From the NCBI RefSeq assembly GCF_036321535.1, contig NC_087436.1, forward strand, positions 32,118,001-32,182,000: 64,000 nt of DNA, written 5' to 3'. Every line of letters starts with the position of its first letter. Positions within the stretch are counted from its first letter, which is position 1. Shown here piece by piece: positions 39,208 through 53,540 of the stretch. The translations under genes were made by a program, and so were the position numbers. The notes under the pieces were generated by a model. It was not told the DNA's origin, did no database searches, and saw only the letters and a list, made by a program, of their open reading frames with translations. This DNA is from Camelus dromedarius. Taxonomy: Eukaryota.

Positions 39208-41429
39208 CTGGAGATGAGAGACCAAGAGGGTGGGGAGAAAGGCCTGGACTTGCCCTTTAACCAGATCCAAGCATGTTACCTTGGCCTTCTTGACTGAACA
39301 CCATATCAACATATTTCCAAGAACATCAGCTGACCTCGGGGAGCAGAGTGAACTATGGCCCTGTGGTGTGATTTAAAGATCCCTCACTCTCCTTTGAAAC
39401 TGCCTGACAACCTGTATTCAAGACTTAGTCCTTTAGTATAACAAGTATTGTCTTAAAATGTCAGTGTCCTTGGGACAGTCTGTTAATGCAATAAGCCATC
39501 ACTCATTCCCACTATGTTATATGTTCACCTCATCCATTCCTTTGACTCAGGATAAGAACTTAAAAGGGAAGGAAAGACAGTTTTGGAGCATGGGGCACTG
39601 CCGTGGAAGGAAGGAGAAAGAGTAGAGAAAGTGGGCAGCTGGAGGACAGCAGGAGGGCCCTGATGCCCCAGGGCAAGGAGAGGCACCCAGGAAGTGAGTT
39701 TAAACTCAAAAAGCCCCAGTATTTCCCAATTTGGGGACCAGCCTTCTTCAGGGAATACTACTCTAGCTCTGGGCTATGGCCTAGAGTTGCATAAACTCTG
39801 CTTATCTTTCAAATTAATGGCAGTGAGATTAATGAGGGAGCAAGTTTTCAGTGTATAAACTAGATTTTAAATAACCCAGTAACCACATGAAGAAAGCATA
39901 AGGAAAATTTCTAAATGTACATAATTATAATTTCAGTGAGGAATGAAATTCTGAAGTTGCATGTGACACACAGAAAATAACCCCATCTATACATTTCTCC
40001 CTCTTCACTGAGGCAAGGTGAAGGCTGTGGCAGTCTTCTGTATGATGACCCTGGGAGGGGAAGACAGTCATCCCACACTGGCCTGATCTCTTGTGCTACA
40101 TTTCACAAGCCACAGTCACAGCCATATTTGGAGTATAGTAAGGACAGGACCTACCCAGCTGTTGTTCTCCTGAGGATGGATTTGCCGACCATCTCCCCCC
40201 AAACATGGGCTAAGCAAACCAGCAGCTATGAATTTGCTTCAAATAAACTACTGTTTCCCAAATCTGCCTGGATTGTAAAAATTATCCAGAGTACATATTT
40301 GAACTAAGAAGTCCCTCCAAATTCTGATTCAATAGATCTGGTAAGGGCCATGAAAACTGTGTTTTTCACCAGCACTTCAGATGATTTTTACAATCGGACA
40401 AGTTTTATACATACTAAGATAAGAAATCTGCAACTTCAGAAAGAAAACTAGAAAGAGGGAGAGGCCAGTGTTTCTCCACTGAGCTTGGAGTACATGTGGC
40501 TGTGCCTTTTGGAGGATGAAGTAGATTATTACTTCAGGCCCTATCCATTGCCTATCCTGAGCTGAGAACTTTTCATGATGTCAATAGCACAAAGGGATCC
40601 AAGATAATGAAGGAATTCAACTCTTAGGTGTAAAGGCCTATTAGTACCCACAAACTCTCTACAGCCAATGAAACATACAATGAAAACTGAGTCGCACAGC
40701 TATTCTTCCATGTACTGGTGGTAAAGTCACAGTCCCATCATAACCACTCCAAAAAAAAGAGGATCTCAGTACCATAATGGTACAGCCAGAGTTCTGAGAT
40801 AATAGACTAAAGCAGCAAGTTAAAATGTGGGTGGGTACTACTAAGAGCTAGTTTGAGGTACAACCCCCAGATGGAATACAACTTTTCACAAGAATTCCTC
40901 TACCACAGAAATGCAATAGGAACCCCAACTGGCAGCTTCAGAAACACATGGCCTAAGCCTAGAAGAGAACACAGGAAGATAAAAACAGTAATTATATGGA
41001 GTGGCAGAATTGTAAGTGAAGGTTTTCTATTTATTTCCTTTATTGTTATTTTAATGCAAATGTGATAAATAAGAAATTAACAATTGTTGATGCATTACTT
41101 GCTATTAAGTATTCCTTAATCACTATTAATAAACAATTATTTTGTCAAAAAATAAATTTAAATATTCCTTAATGACAAGTCAGTTTACTAATTGCCTCTA
41201 TTAATGAAGCTATTATATTCCATCAACATATTTCTTTGTCATAAACTTCATTTTCAGACATAGAAATAATATGAGGCATTGAGAGTCATATCCCAATTTC
41301 AAAGCATTTTATACAGTATGAAAACAGAATTAAATGTGTATTAAACTAGTACTAAACATTCTGAAAACCATAAAATATGCAACAGAAGTCTCTGAGACAG
41401 AGGGAGGGGAGAGAGTAAAGATGCAAGAG

Positions 41430-41996
41430 AGTTCATAGCAGCACTACTTACAACAGTGAAGACATGGAAACAACCTAAATGTCCACCTTCAGATGACTGG
41501 ATAAAGAAGATGTGGGATATTTATATAATGGAATACCACTCAGCCATAAAAAAGAATAAAATAATGTCATTTGTAGCAAAATGGATGGACCTGGAGATTG
41601 TCATTCTAAGTGAAGTAAGCCAAAAAAGAAAGAAAAATACCATATGATATCTCTTATACATGGAATCTTAAAAAAAAAAAGACAAACTTATTTACAAAAC
41701 AGAAACAGACTCATAGACATAGAAAACAAACTTACGGTTACCAGATGGGGAAGGGAGTGGGAAGGGATAAACTAGGAGTTCAAGATTTGCAGATACTAAT
41801 ATATATATAAAATAGATAAACAAGTTCATACTACATAGCACAGGGAACTATGTTCAATATCTTGCAATAATTTATAGTGAAAAAGAATATGAAAATAAAT
41901 ATATGTATGTTCATGTATGACTGAAGCATTGTGCTGTACCCCAGAAATTGACACAACACTGTAAACTGACTATACTTCAATTAAAAAAAATTTTTA
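41430..41996 (+). mobile_element. 5'-truncated L1 with TSD
   Basis: ORF2 C-terminus (KTWKQPKCP...MEYHSAIKKN) plus 3' UTR; TSD AAAGATGC(A/G)AGAG at 41417-41429 and 41997-42009. Confidence 0.92.
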
Positions 41997-42454
41997 AAAG
42001 ATGCGAGAGGAGTGAGCAGGACCTGCTGCATGGGAATTTACTGGTACTGGTGGCCAGGGTCTTTGCTGCCATCTTCACTGCCTCAGGCTGGGGGCCTGGT
42101 CTTGCAGAAAGTGTACTGTGGTTAGTTCCAGCCACCTTCTCCCAAGGACAGCAGGGCTCTCTGGCAGAAACGTACAGTTGGAACCATCCCATCTGGGCTC
42201 ATGATCTTTTCATGTTTCGACAGAGAGGGAAGGAGAGAGTGTCTAAAGGTGGGGCAGGGAGAATTATCACAAAGAGGATCCTAGGCTCCCGAAAAGACAG
42301 TCTGACAACTGATATCAGAGGGAAGGGTAGAGACCAGCCCTGAGTCAGTGGGGAGAATTATGGCCAAGAGAGGGAAATGGCAGAGAAAGGAAAAGATACA
42401 GACCCCAAAGAGAAACTGTGAGGAGTTGCAGCCTTGCTGCTCTGCAGCTGTGCG

Positions 42455-42485
<31 letters not shown>

Positions 42486-43115
42486 TGGTGCTGCCTGAGG
42501 ATCCTCAATGAGACTGTTTACAGGCAGGCTTGGCTGAGCTCGTGCTACCCTGTCTGGCATGTCTCATGAGGATTTTCTTGTTTGACCACTGCTGACTACA
42601 AAGGGTTTTTCTTCTAGAGCATTTGTTAATGGAGCTATAAACGTGCAAAGAAAGATAGGTGCTCAAGTCCAGGCCAATGGGCAAAACTGAACTTACACAT
42701 CTTCCTCAAAGTTTAAAAATAGACATTTGAAATTTGTACTAAAATCCAAGATAGCTTTTTTTAACTTAACTCTCCAAGGGATGTCAGGGATCCTACATGA
42801 CAACTTTTCTGAATAATATTTTCAATAAAAAGAATTAAGTTGGAATCAATTAGAACTTTCTCTCTTTATACTTTGGTTTGAGGTTTGATGTTCTCCTTAT
42901 TTTGAGGATAATTATTGGGTTTTAACTTTACATCTAATAAAAAGAAAAGAACAAAATCTATTTTAATTCTGAAATACACTGTTACTCAAGAGTCAGTCAG
43001 ATTTCATCAAGCCCTCATCCAGAATACATCATTCAGTCTTAAATGAGAGCCTGTTGACATCTAGGGGTAAGACTGTCCCCGATGTCACAACACCTTAGCC
43101 CAAATACCATCTCAC

Positions 43116-43196
43116 CTGGCTGTAATTCCCTAACGTGGCCTTAGTACTGTAAGCAGCAATTTGAGAAACAGGAGCACTGCAGAAGAATTTTAGAAA
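43116..43196 (-). pseudogene. Candidate pseudo-exon, 81 nt
   Basis: Acceptor gattttctag (alternative ttcttctgcag); donor CAG|gtgaga; open FLKFFCSAPVSQIAAYSTKATLGNYSQ. Confidence 0.4.
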
Positions 43197-43948
43197 CTAG
43201 AAAATCTTGATAAGTGGTTAATATTTGAGGAGATAAACAGAATCTACACAAAGTCCATGAACTTGAAGTTGCAGAACACTTTCACGTTGTTATAAAACAT
43301 TATCAAACAACAACTCTCATGTTCTGAACGCTTATGTTGTGCCAGATCTATCTCTGTAAGTATTCTAAGTGCTCTCATCCGATTCTCAAAACCACCTGTT
43401 TGAAATCAAGTTCGATACTGTCACCCTATCTTACATTTAAGGAAACAAAGGCCTAGCCTAGAGAGACCAAATCAAATCAAGGCCTAAGGCCACAGCTAGT
43501 AAGTAGCAGAGTCAGGATTTGAATCCCCCTAACTCCAGAGCCTATCTGCTCAGCAATCAAGCCTCCCCCATCAGTGTGATACACTAGGCACCCTGGGATT
43601 ATCTCCTCCAAGAGGCCTTCCTGGCCAACACCTTCACGCCACCTCCTCTCTTCTGGAGTGCATCCTGTCCTTTGTGTTTTCAGAGCCCTTTACCAGTTGT
43701 CTCCCAAGAGGAACTGCACATTCCTTGAAGACAAGGTCCATGGCTTATTTATCTGTACAGCCCCGGCACCCACCAGGGAGACTAAGAGCTTACAAGATGT
43801 TGAAATAAGAGATACCTAGGGAAGATACCAGAATTAAACATTATTATTCTCATGTAAAATCTAGTATTATATATTTATACTTTCACTTCACATAATTAGC
43901 ATTACTATAATTATTCTTTTTTCTAATACAATATTGATGGTTTATATA

Positions 43949-44250
43949 CAAGCATACCTCATTTTATTGTGCTTCACTTTATTATGCTTTGCACATATTG
44001 CACCTTTCACATATTGAAGATTTGTGGCAACCCTGCATTGTCAGATGACGGTTAGCATTTCTTAGCAATAAAATATATTTAAATTAAGGTGTGTACATTG
44101 TATTTTTAGACATTATACTAATGCACACTTAATAGACTACAGTATAGTGTAAACAGAACTTTAATATGTACTGTGAAACCAAAAACTCATGTGACTAGCT
44201 TTATTGTGGTGGTCTGGAACCAAACCCACAACACCTCTGAGGTAGCTTTT
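43949..44250 (+). mobile_element. TcMar-Tigger1-derived non-autonomous DNA transposon
   Basis: Starts TA|CAAGCATACCTC...TTTATTGTGCTTCACTTTATT; ends ...GGTCTGGAACCAAACCCACAACACCTCTGAGGTA. Confidence 0.82.
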
Positions 44251-45662
44251 TGATAAGTTGATTCTATTTTCAAGTAATTCTGTGAGAGCTTCATAGTTGT
44301 AGCAGGCAGCTGTAACATTTAAGGCATCAGTAGTGACCAAATGAATGAATAAAAGGGAAATACACATTGTACATTAGATAAAGTAGAACTAAATGCTAAT
44401 TACTGATTAAGGATGAAGGCCAAGATGTAACCAACTACAACACTTTGAGAGCTCCCATTTTAACAGTCAGTGCTCCCTTTCCCCCACAGAAACACACCAT
44501 AATGTGCTCATATCCTACTGAAGGGAAGAGTCCCTGTCACCTTCACTCTTCCAGGTTCCCTGTTAAGCTGGGCTTTCTCTTTCTGAAGGTACTCTTAAAT
44601 CTTAATTTCAGGAAGTTCCTAGCAAAACAGTCATGACACACAGAAAATTTGTGCTGGCAGAGACTTTACTAGCAGCCCAAAGAAGTTAGGAGCCCCGCTC
44701 CTGAGCAGTAGAGTAGGACCCCATTACAGTGAATCTTGGCCCTACTGGCTATTGATCTTGAACAGTGACTTAACTTCTCTAGGTCTCAGTTTCCTCATAT
44801 GTAAAATGGAAGTGAAACAGCTCCTACTTTATAAGGCTGTTGGGAGAAGTGGTGAGATACTATATGTAAAGCACTTCTCCCATTACCTGGCACACAGTAA
44901 GTACTCAGTAGATGTCAGCTATTGCAGCCTATGGGAACTGTTGAGGGACAGCAGCCATGTCCCACAAAAGAACTGGCCAGGGACCCAACTTCAGCACTGG
45001 TGTCAGCACTGGAGAATCTTGATCCTCAGCTGAACCATGCAAAAACACAGCAGGGGAGTCCATATAGTACAGACACAAGTGATCAGGTTCTAGCTGTGTG
45101 ACCTCACTGTACCTCTGTTTCTTTATGTGTAAAATGTTGATAATAATAGTACCTGACCCATACATTATTATGAGGATTAAGTGAAAAAAATATATATATG
45201 CACTTACACACAAACATACAAGAACAGATCTGGCACATAACTGTATAAATTATCTGTTATTGTTATTCTAAGCCACCTTCAGCCTTCACTTGCTACCCAA
45301 CACCTTTGTATTGAAGTAGACAGGTAAATGATATTCTATGTGGTCATTAGGAGAAATTTTAAAATATTTTCCAATATGTTTCAAATAATCTTAGAAATAC
45401 TTTGCATTCTATATTTCTGTTAGAAGAAGTTGGAGACCAGCCTATCAGTAAGTCCCCTTCTGCTTTTAAAATATCTATCATTAAATTGAAAAGGTCTTGA
45501 GCAGTATGTGAAAATGCATAAGAATTCACATTCTTCCTATAAAAGTATAGTTCTCCTCTATATATTTCAGAGAGAGAGAGAGAAAACTGTAGCTTAGGAA
45601 AACTATTTGTCAAGTAAAAATGGCTGCAAAAGTATTTACAATTCTCATTTGATTATTCTCAC

Positions 45663-45838
45663 TGTTGAAAACCAGTAAAAATGCTCCTGAAGACTTTAAA
45701 TAAAACTTTCATTATATGCAAAGGAAATGGTACAAGTTACACACTAAATTGTTGTCTAGTTTCTGAATTAAGTCAAGTAAAGTAAGGAAGAATCCAAGAT
45801 ACTGCTGAAACACACCCTTCCTTCTGGTGATCTGCCAC
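45663..45838 (-). pseudogene. Candidate pseudo-exon, 176 nt (phase 2 start)
   Basis: Acceptor ttttttatcggag; donor ACA|gtgaga. The phase-2 join to the previous exon gives open WQITRRKGVFQQYLGFFLTLLDLIQKLDNNLVCNLYHFLCI. Confidence 0.5.
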
Positions 45839-46272
45839 CTCCGATAAAAAACTGTAATCAAAGCCAACCCTGGGCAAAGCAAGGTCCTGACAAAAGGCTC
45901 CATTTCCTCCTACAAATACCCACATCAGGGCTGTACCAAGCCATTTCTGCATGTTGGTGCTTTCTTGGTCGTTAAGTATCTCTCTCTCTCTCTCCCTCTT
46001 TGTCTCTCTGTCTCTCTCCCTGTCAAACACACAGGGTCAGTCACAGTGATGGTGATAGAAGGAAGATGAGAAGAGAAGACTGAACAGCTTTTTATAAACT
46101 TGACATGCAGAGCCCTGCTGTAAGTACCTAGAGACTCAGCAATAACCAGATCTCCGCACTGTCCCTCCCTGGCAAGTTTCCAGACATGAAAGAAATAACC
46201 CCTTCAAAAGACAAAGTTGAAAACAGCCACAATGTCCTCCTAACCCTGCACATTTCAGAATTCTTCAAAGTA

Positions 46273-46513
46273 CAGCTGACCCTTGAACAACACAGGTTTG
46301 AACTACATGGGTCCACTTATATGCAGATTTTTTAAAATAATAAATACTATGATGTAACATGATCTACAGTTGGTTCAATCCATAGATGTAGAACAGCTGA
46401 TATGGAGAAAGAAGACATACACAGGAAGGGCTGACTTAAAGTTATATGTGGATCTTCTACTGCACCAGTAGGCTCCCCTAATTCCACCCCACTTTGTTTT
46501 CAAGGGTCAACTG
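46273..46513 (+). mobile_element. TcMar-Tigger2-like MITE
   Basis: TIRs CAGCTGACCCTTGAA / TTCAAGGGTCAACTG, preceded by TA. Confidence 0.88.
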
Positions 46514-48268
46514 CAGTATTTAATGAACCCTAGAAATTTCAAACTACTAAAATTCTTCTGGTAGTGCTACCCAGATGCATGACTGTTGCATTTTAAGCTA
46601 CACTAGGGAAAATACTTGAAGAATCCTAAATTCTAGTTCCCCCAACAATGTCCATCGTCTATCATCCAAATTTGTCATATGTCAGAAGGCCACTGCTTTG
46701 GCAGCTATTCAGCAGCCTATGTAAAATGAGTCAGAGTACTTAGTCCAGCTCCAGACAACTGATGTCTAAGTCACATATCACCTGTACTAGGGACAGCCCC
46801 AGACTCAGAGTGTACCCCTGAGGCTTACTGGGTGACAAGATAGGCCAGAACAAGGAGACACAGAACCCCTCAAATGGAGCCCAGGAGCAGAGCAGGTGAT
46901 AGAGAAGGGTTTCAAGAGGGATGACTGGTCTGGGAGATTCAATGTCTTGATGACAACAGCATAAGTGAAAGTACTTTTGGACTAGAGGAACGACTATGTG
47001 TATGTTTGCGGGGTCGTGGGAGATAGGAAGGCATTAGAGTCCAACAGGAGGAGACTTAAAAGCTGCACAGATCCTGATAATTTCCCAGCCACAAAAGATC
47101 ATCTGGGGTTCCAGGCAGCACACCAAGCCAGGGAGGGGACCGGCTGAGGCTTGGTCATAGGAATGGCAAAAACTAGTCACCAGTCATAGTGAAGTGAGCC
47201 ACATCAGATCCTTTCAAGAATTAGTGGTGGTACGGATAAACAAATAGACACAAGTATGTGAAACTATACATGAGAGAAAAACTCTAAAAATTATAAGATT
47301 ATGTATTCAGTCTCATGTTTACTGCTTACAAACTATGTGACTGTGGACAAGTCACTTGACCTCTCTCAGTGTATTCTGGCAGCTTTAAATGGGGACAATG
47401 ACCATCACACCTACTGCACAAGGTTGTAAAGATCTGAGGAAAGGACAGACGTGAAAGCAGTTCATAAACATAGTGCTCTAAGACTTGTGACATGGCTTCT
47501 TTTCTCCTTTGTTGCATAGCCGAGGAATGCTCTGGACTTTCAAGAGGAACCATAGCTGACAATGTTAGGACTTTCCATGGAGGGAGTGGGGAAGCACCTG
47601 GGCCGGGAAAGATCAGGATCTATGCAGCTTTTAAGAATGCCCTCCTGCCAGACTCTAATGCCCTGCTGTCTCCTCCCATCCCCAAAAACACACACTGAGA
47701 GTCATTCTTCTAGTCAGTTATCTTTGATTACTCTACTATCAACACGATATTTAATTACTGTACTGTAAGTTGAAACTGTAGGCCTAGAGACCCCAAAGCC
47801 CACAGATATGCTTTCCTTGGCCTGCAGGTTGGCCTGCTCCCTCACCTTCAAAAATTACATATATCCTCTAGTATTTAATATTTCAAAAACATGTGATTCT
47901 CATTAAAACTGTCATAAAAAGCCTTACACATAGCATTCAAATATGTTAGTTGAAAAAAAATAAAAGAAAAAACAAATATGTTAGTTAATCTGAATACCTA
48001 CATAAAGTCTGAACACTTCAAGGCTTGAGATTGAAGGACAGCAAGACTTTTAAGCTAGGAACTGGTTTAGGCCTCCTTCCCCTTGTCTATTGGATCCAGA
48101 TCTAAGAGCAGGTCTATGGTGCCTTAAATGTGGAGGTGGGAGGCAAAGAATGAAGATCATTACATAGGGTCAGGCATACGTTCTCCTGAGACCCACTTCT
48201 CCTGTTTAGCTTCTCAGCCCCAGCACTTAGCCCCAAAGCCCCTAGAATTATTTATTATCCAGGATTAC

Positions 48269-48723
48269 CATCAATTAAGCAATTCAACAAATTGTCTTCA
48301 CTAATGGGTGATCACCAGCTTAAGGGCAGGGGACAGGCCTGGATGATAACTCTGGATCTTTTCAATGAGCCCATCAATGACAACCTGGAACTAATTATGC
48401 GCACATTTTGAACTCCACAAAAGTGCAGACCAGACTCTTCTCCCTAGTGTCTACCCCCAAACCCACACATGCTCTATCTTGGATCCTTGGTCCTCAGCCA
48501 TGGTTTGTGTAAAATGGCTTCAAATTCATTTTCCACTAAGATTTAAATGTTTCTCTTTTCAATAATGAAATATGGGCAGTTCATTCCAGAGAGCTGCAAA
48601 GGATTCCAGTCTTTAAAGCCAAGAAATTTTAACCTTCTTTTACAGGCTGACAGCAAAAGAAGCTTGTTTCGCCAAAAGGGATACCAAGGTAATTTGTGAA
48701 GACCTGACCTCATTAAAATATTC
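48269..48723 (-). pseudogene. Candidate pseudo-exon, 455 nt (phase 0 to 2)
   Basis: Strong acceptor tctcttcctttttggtcacatttcag; donor TG|gtaatc. Reads EYFNEVRSSQITLVSLLAKQASFAVSL*...HVWVWG*TLGRRVWSALLW...FQVVIDGLIEKIQSYHPGLSPALKLVITH**RQFVELLN*W. Confidence 0.55.
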
Positions 48724-50062
48724 CTGAAATGTGACCAAAAAGGAAGAGACGTCTAAATTAACTGTTAGAGGCCTATCCTGTGTCAAAAAGTGGCCTCAGA
48801 ACAGTATTATTATCACTTCCTTTTTTACAGAAAAGGGCCCTGAGGCTTATAACGACCTCCCCAGGATGGTACAGCTGTAATCAAAGACAGAATCGAACTC
48901 GCTCTCAAGCCCACAACTTCCCCATTACCAATTTATCTTCACCAACCACAGGTCTCGTACCAAGGGCATATCCTCCCTCTAAACTGCCTCTAAAAAGCTT
49001 AAGAACTCAGAGAATGAAAATGACCCAAAACTCAAAACATAAAACAGAAGACCCCATGGTGATTGTTCCTTAAAACTAGGAGAGAGAAACAGAAAATTAG
49101 TACATAGTGAATCAGAGCAAAAATATGCAGACTTTTATAAGTGACAAATGATCCCCAGGCTTTGCTTGAATGTAATAACAAATCTCAAGAAAGAACAGAT
49201 CCCTCAGAAGGAGACTGGGAGGTAGCAGCAAAGGTAAAAAAGTCTGAGACAACAGTCATCAAAGCCCGTCAAGCACTCTTCAAGGAAAGTCTTCCTTGGC
49301 TGTTCCAATCCTTAATGGAGAGAGATGTCTCAAACTCATCAATTTCAGGAATACCAAAAGCCATGACAGGAAAGACCAACAGATTTAAGCACAAAACAAT
49401 TAAACATCGCTATAAGGTAAAGGATGCCTTAAAAAAGTCAAAAGGTGAGCATAGAAGAGGAGAAAATATTTGAACACGTCAGAAAAAAAGGTTATTACTA
49501 CTACTATAAATATTCTCCTTCCCTGCCAAAAATGATCAAGGACAAACAACTCAACAGAAAAAGTGGACAGGACAGGAAATGAATAGACAAATCATGGAAC
49601 AGGAAATGCAAATATCTCAAAAACACAGAAAAATTTTCAACTTAACCTATAGTCAAGAAACATGCAAATCAAAACAAAGGTGCATTGTTCCTACTGATCA
49701 GTGTTTAAAAAAAACCCCAAAATCTAAAAATATCAGTATCACTAGGACTAGTGAGGGTACAGGGAAGCAGACACTGTTCCATGTTTCTTGAGGGTGTAAG
49801 AATGCTACATAATCCTGGGAACATAATTTGTCTGTGTACTGTAATAAAAATAAGTATGTCCTCTGATCTCAGATCCCACTTTGGAGAATTACATCTTGAG
49901 GCAATTTTAGTAGTGGCAAAAGGCAGCTTCAGCATAAATCAATAGAGGAATGACTGAATAAATTCTGGACATCTGTATAAATATTGTACAGTTATTAAAA
50001 AGAAAATAACATTACTTGGAAGATAGTAAAAGGGAGTGGACTCAAAATTGCTGCTTCCACAA

Positions 50063-50465
50063 AGGCAAAGCTACAGAAACAATAAAAAAAACTGTGATTT
50101 CCAGGGGTTTGGGGAGAGGGAGGAAGGGAGGAATGAATAGATGGATCACAACGGATTTTTAGGGCAATGAAATTATTCTGTATGATACCATAGTGGTGGC
50201 TACATGTCATGCATTTGTCAAAACTCGCAGAATATACATCAAGAATGAACCCTAATGCATACCATGGACTTTGGTTGATAATAATGTGTCCATGTTGACT
50301 CATCGATTGTACCAAATATGCCACACTGATGAGGGATGTTGAGGGCAGGAGTGTATATATGCATAGGTGGGGAGGGCTGTGTGTGATCTCTCTGTATTTT
50401 CAGCTCAGTTCTACTATGAACCTGAAACTGCTCTAAGAAATAAAGTCTGTTAATTAAAAAAAAAA
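50063..50465 (+). mobile_element. L1MC-like 3' end with TSD
   Basis: TSD TGCTGCTTCCACAA at 50049-50062 and 50466-50479; A-tail. Confidence 0.85.
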
Positions 50466-53406
50466 TGCTGCTTCCACAATCCATGCACCTTGGGCGAATT
50501 AATCACATCTCAGTTCCTCATCTACCCACTGGAGATAACAGTACCTACCTCACATGGTAGCTGTGGGGTAAATGAGATAAAGCATAGGGCCTGACATCCA
50601 GCAAGTACTGGAATGATGTCCATGATACCCTGTTGGAGGAGTAGGGGAGAACTGTACAAACTGTATAGCATATATCTATTTTAGTTAAAAGTACACATAT
50701 TTTAGAGCACACTGTGCATGTATGAGTGTGGTGGTGAGAGGAAAGGAGAGAGTTTTAAGTCTTTCTTTGCACATCTCAATGTTGTTTGGCTTGTAGCAAA
50801 GAATATATATTGCTTTTATAGTTTGGAAGACTAATCCAATAACATTTTTTGAAAGTGGCGTGAGTGAGAGTGTTAGCAGGAATGGGGGATACAAAAGCAT
50901 AACTAAATATTGGGAAGTGAATCAAAAAGCTGAGAAGTTTGACAGGTCTGGAACACAGTGTGCAGAATGGAGGGCAGCAGGTATGTGGCTGGGAATGGAC
51001 AGAGGGAAAGTTGTGGGTTCTCGGAAAAGGAGCGTGGACTTTCCTCGATATTCAAGGAAAATTCTTTGGAAGAAAGGAATGCAAGGTATTGGCTATACTC
51101 TGGCAATGATGAACTCTGCCCCTCCATCAAAAGAAAAACTTTCAGTGGCTCCCTTTTACTCTTTACAGGGATAAAGTCCAGACCTACTTAGGTCCATGAG
51201 TCTAAGAGCCAGGCTTCTCAGCCCATCTTGCCCCAACCTCACTAAACTACTTGTAGTTCTTAGAAAGCTCTGCTCTCTCCAGCTTCCAAACGTTTGCTCA
51301 GGCTGTAGCTTCTGCCAGCAGTGCCCTTCCCCCATGCCTTTCCTTGTTCTGCTTGGGTAACTCCTCAGAGCTCGGCTCAAACATCCCATCTCCTGGGAAG
51401 TTCACCTTGATCCCTCAAGGCTTAGTTTCCCTTCTAGGTCCTCCTATATCATCCTGACATTAACCTAAAAAGAGCACTTTTGACACTGGTTTGTAATTGT
51501 CAATTTATGGTCTGCCTCTCCAACTAAACTACACATCCCGTAAGGGCTGGTGCTTAATAGTATTTCTTGTTGATTCTTCGGTACCTAGCACAGAATATAA
51601 AACAAAGTCAGAAATCCATAATGAATGTTAAATAAATGAATGTCTTGAAACACACAAGCCATCTAACTCTTTCACTTTTCTTGTATTCCATGTTTTCCCA
51701 AAATGTTTCTCATTTAATTCCCTGTCCTATGTATGATTTTCTGCCCATAACAGATCATATCACTGCAAGTCTGGGTCCATGTGACAGTTATATTGTTCAC
51801 TGAAAACTAACAAACTGGCAAAGGGATTTTATATGTCAATCTTATACTTTAGTTAATATAAGTTCTGCACTGGAGGGAAAAAAAAAAACCCTCTATGTGC
51901 TGGCAAAAGCCAACATTTACATTTTAAACAAAGGGCTACAACTCTGAACTAAGGTAAATTTCTAAGGTAAAGGTCTCTTGGGAGGCCTTTCCTGACTATA
52001 TCTGGACCTTGAGTCATTCTCTCATTCACCAAATATCTAATAACCCTCCACTAAATGGCAACCTTCATTCTAAATTCTGAGGATACAGCAGGAAACAAGA
52101 CAGATGAACCCTACCCATCATGGAATCATATTCTACTGGGGGTTAGCAGAAGGACAGATAATAAATGTAAAATAAGGTAAGTTCTGGTAGTACTAAAAAC
52201 TGTGAAGAAAATTAAGCAGGCTAGAGAATAATTAAAGTTAGGGAGAAAAAGTGAAAGCTCTTTGGAGGTGTGGTCAGGATATGACTTCTCTGAGGGATGG
52301 ACATTTGAGCTGCGACCTAAGTAATGAGAATCAGTCAGCCATGAGAAAACCTAGGGGCAGAGAATTCCAGGCACGAAAAAGAACAAATGCAAAATCTCTA
52401 GGTACGAATGAGCTTGAAGCATTCAAACAAAGATAGAAAATCAGGTTGGCTGGAGCATAATGAGCAAGGAAGGTGAGTGGAGAGCAATCAGAGGGTAGGT
52501 GTAGAACAGATGATAAGGAGCTTAGATTTTATTCTAATTGCAAGGGAAAGACATCAGTGAGGTATAGGTAGGGAAGTGCCATCTTGTCTCTAGCAACAGC
52601 TTCACCAATAAGAGTGATTGTTCTCAGCTGTCTATTCTTTTTCCTATTTTTCAGTTTGTTCACAACTTGGCAGGAAGAGGGATATGGTGTACTGAGGCCC
52701 CTGAACATTCTCAGCACTTGATAGTGCTGTGCATACTAACACAACAAATACTACTGTGAATTTTCCTATGTTCTTTAGCCATGAAATTATATTCAGTCCT
52801 TGTTTTTTCCCTAGTACTATTTTGTATATATTTCATAGATTTGTACATAGGGATGAGTGCAGTTTGTTTTCAAAATGTAATTTTCTAAAGGACTATTATT
52901 AGTGGGCAATATATATAAAACATCAGAAGAGTTAAGATCAGTAGGAAAAGATTTGCTCCTTAACTTTAAACAGTTAGTTCTTCAAGATATACTATCACCA
53001 GAGTTTCATAGAAGGTGGATGAATATAATAAGGGGTTGACTCTACGGAAACCAGGCTTGCCATTCTGTTTCTTCCTGTGTATGTTATTTGGCTTGCTAAA
53101 TTTTGATTTTAACATTCATAAAGCAATGATAGAAAACATGGGCCTCATATGAGAAAAGATTATAAAGCAAAATAAAGATGTGATAACTGTAATAGAAGCT
53201 CTGGGCCTATAGATCTTTAATATTTCAAGTAAATGGCACTTTTTAAAGGGACACAAATCTTTAAGCATTTAGATCTATAGAAAATGAGCTGCTTTTTAGA
53301 TTGAAAAAACAAAAACCAGGAGCTTAAAGCTTCAGTTTAATGCAGAATAAACGGCTCTTGAATCCTCTGTAATAAATTGGCATGCATAATTCAACTACTG
53401 TCATAC

Positions 53407-53540
53407 ACTAGAGGAAATTCTGACTGGCTTGGACTTTATTATGATTACTGAAAGGAAGTTCTCTAGCAGAACACAGATTTTTAGTAGCAGGTAGGTCCAG
53501 GAGTTTCTGATGAGAAGAACCAAAAGATCACAACTTGTCC
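53407..53540 (-). pseudogene. Candidate pseudo-exon, 134 nt
   Basis: Acceptor aaaatttacag; donor AGT|gtatga; one frame fully open (ORF track 53401..53604). Confidence 0.4.

Noticed and set aside
42480..45540. Additional minus-strand exon candidates starting near 45537 and 42634 (also one near 3167-3039)
   Set aside because: Acceptors are plausible but donors or frames are ambiguous; too weak to list as features.
48646..48688. + strand 43-nt exon-like segment (ttttacag|...AAG|gtaatt)
   Set aside because: It is isolated, has no partner + strand exons and lies inside the larger minus-strand candidate exon; likely chance.
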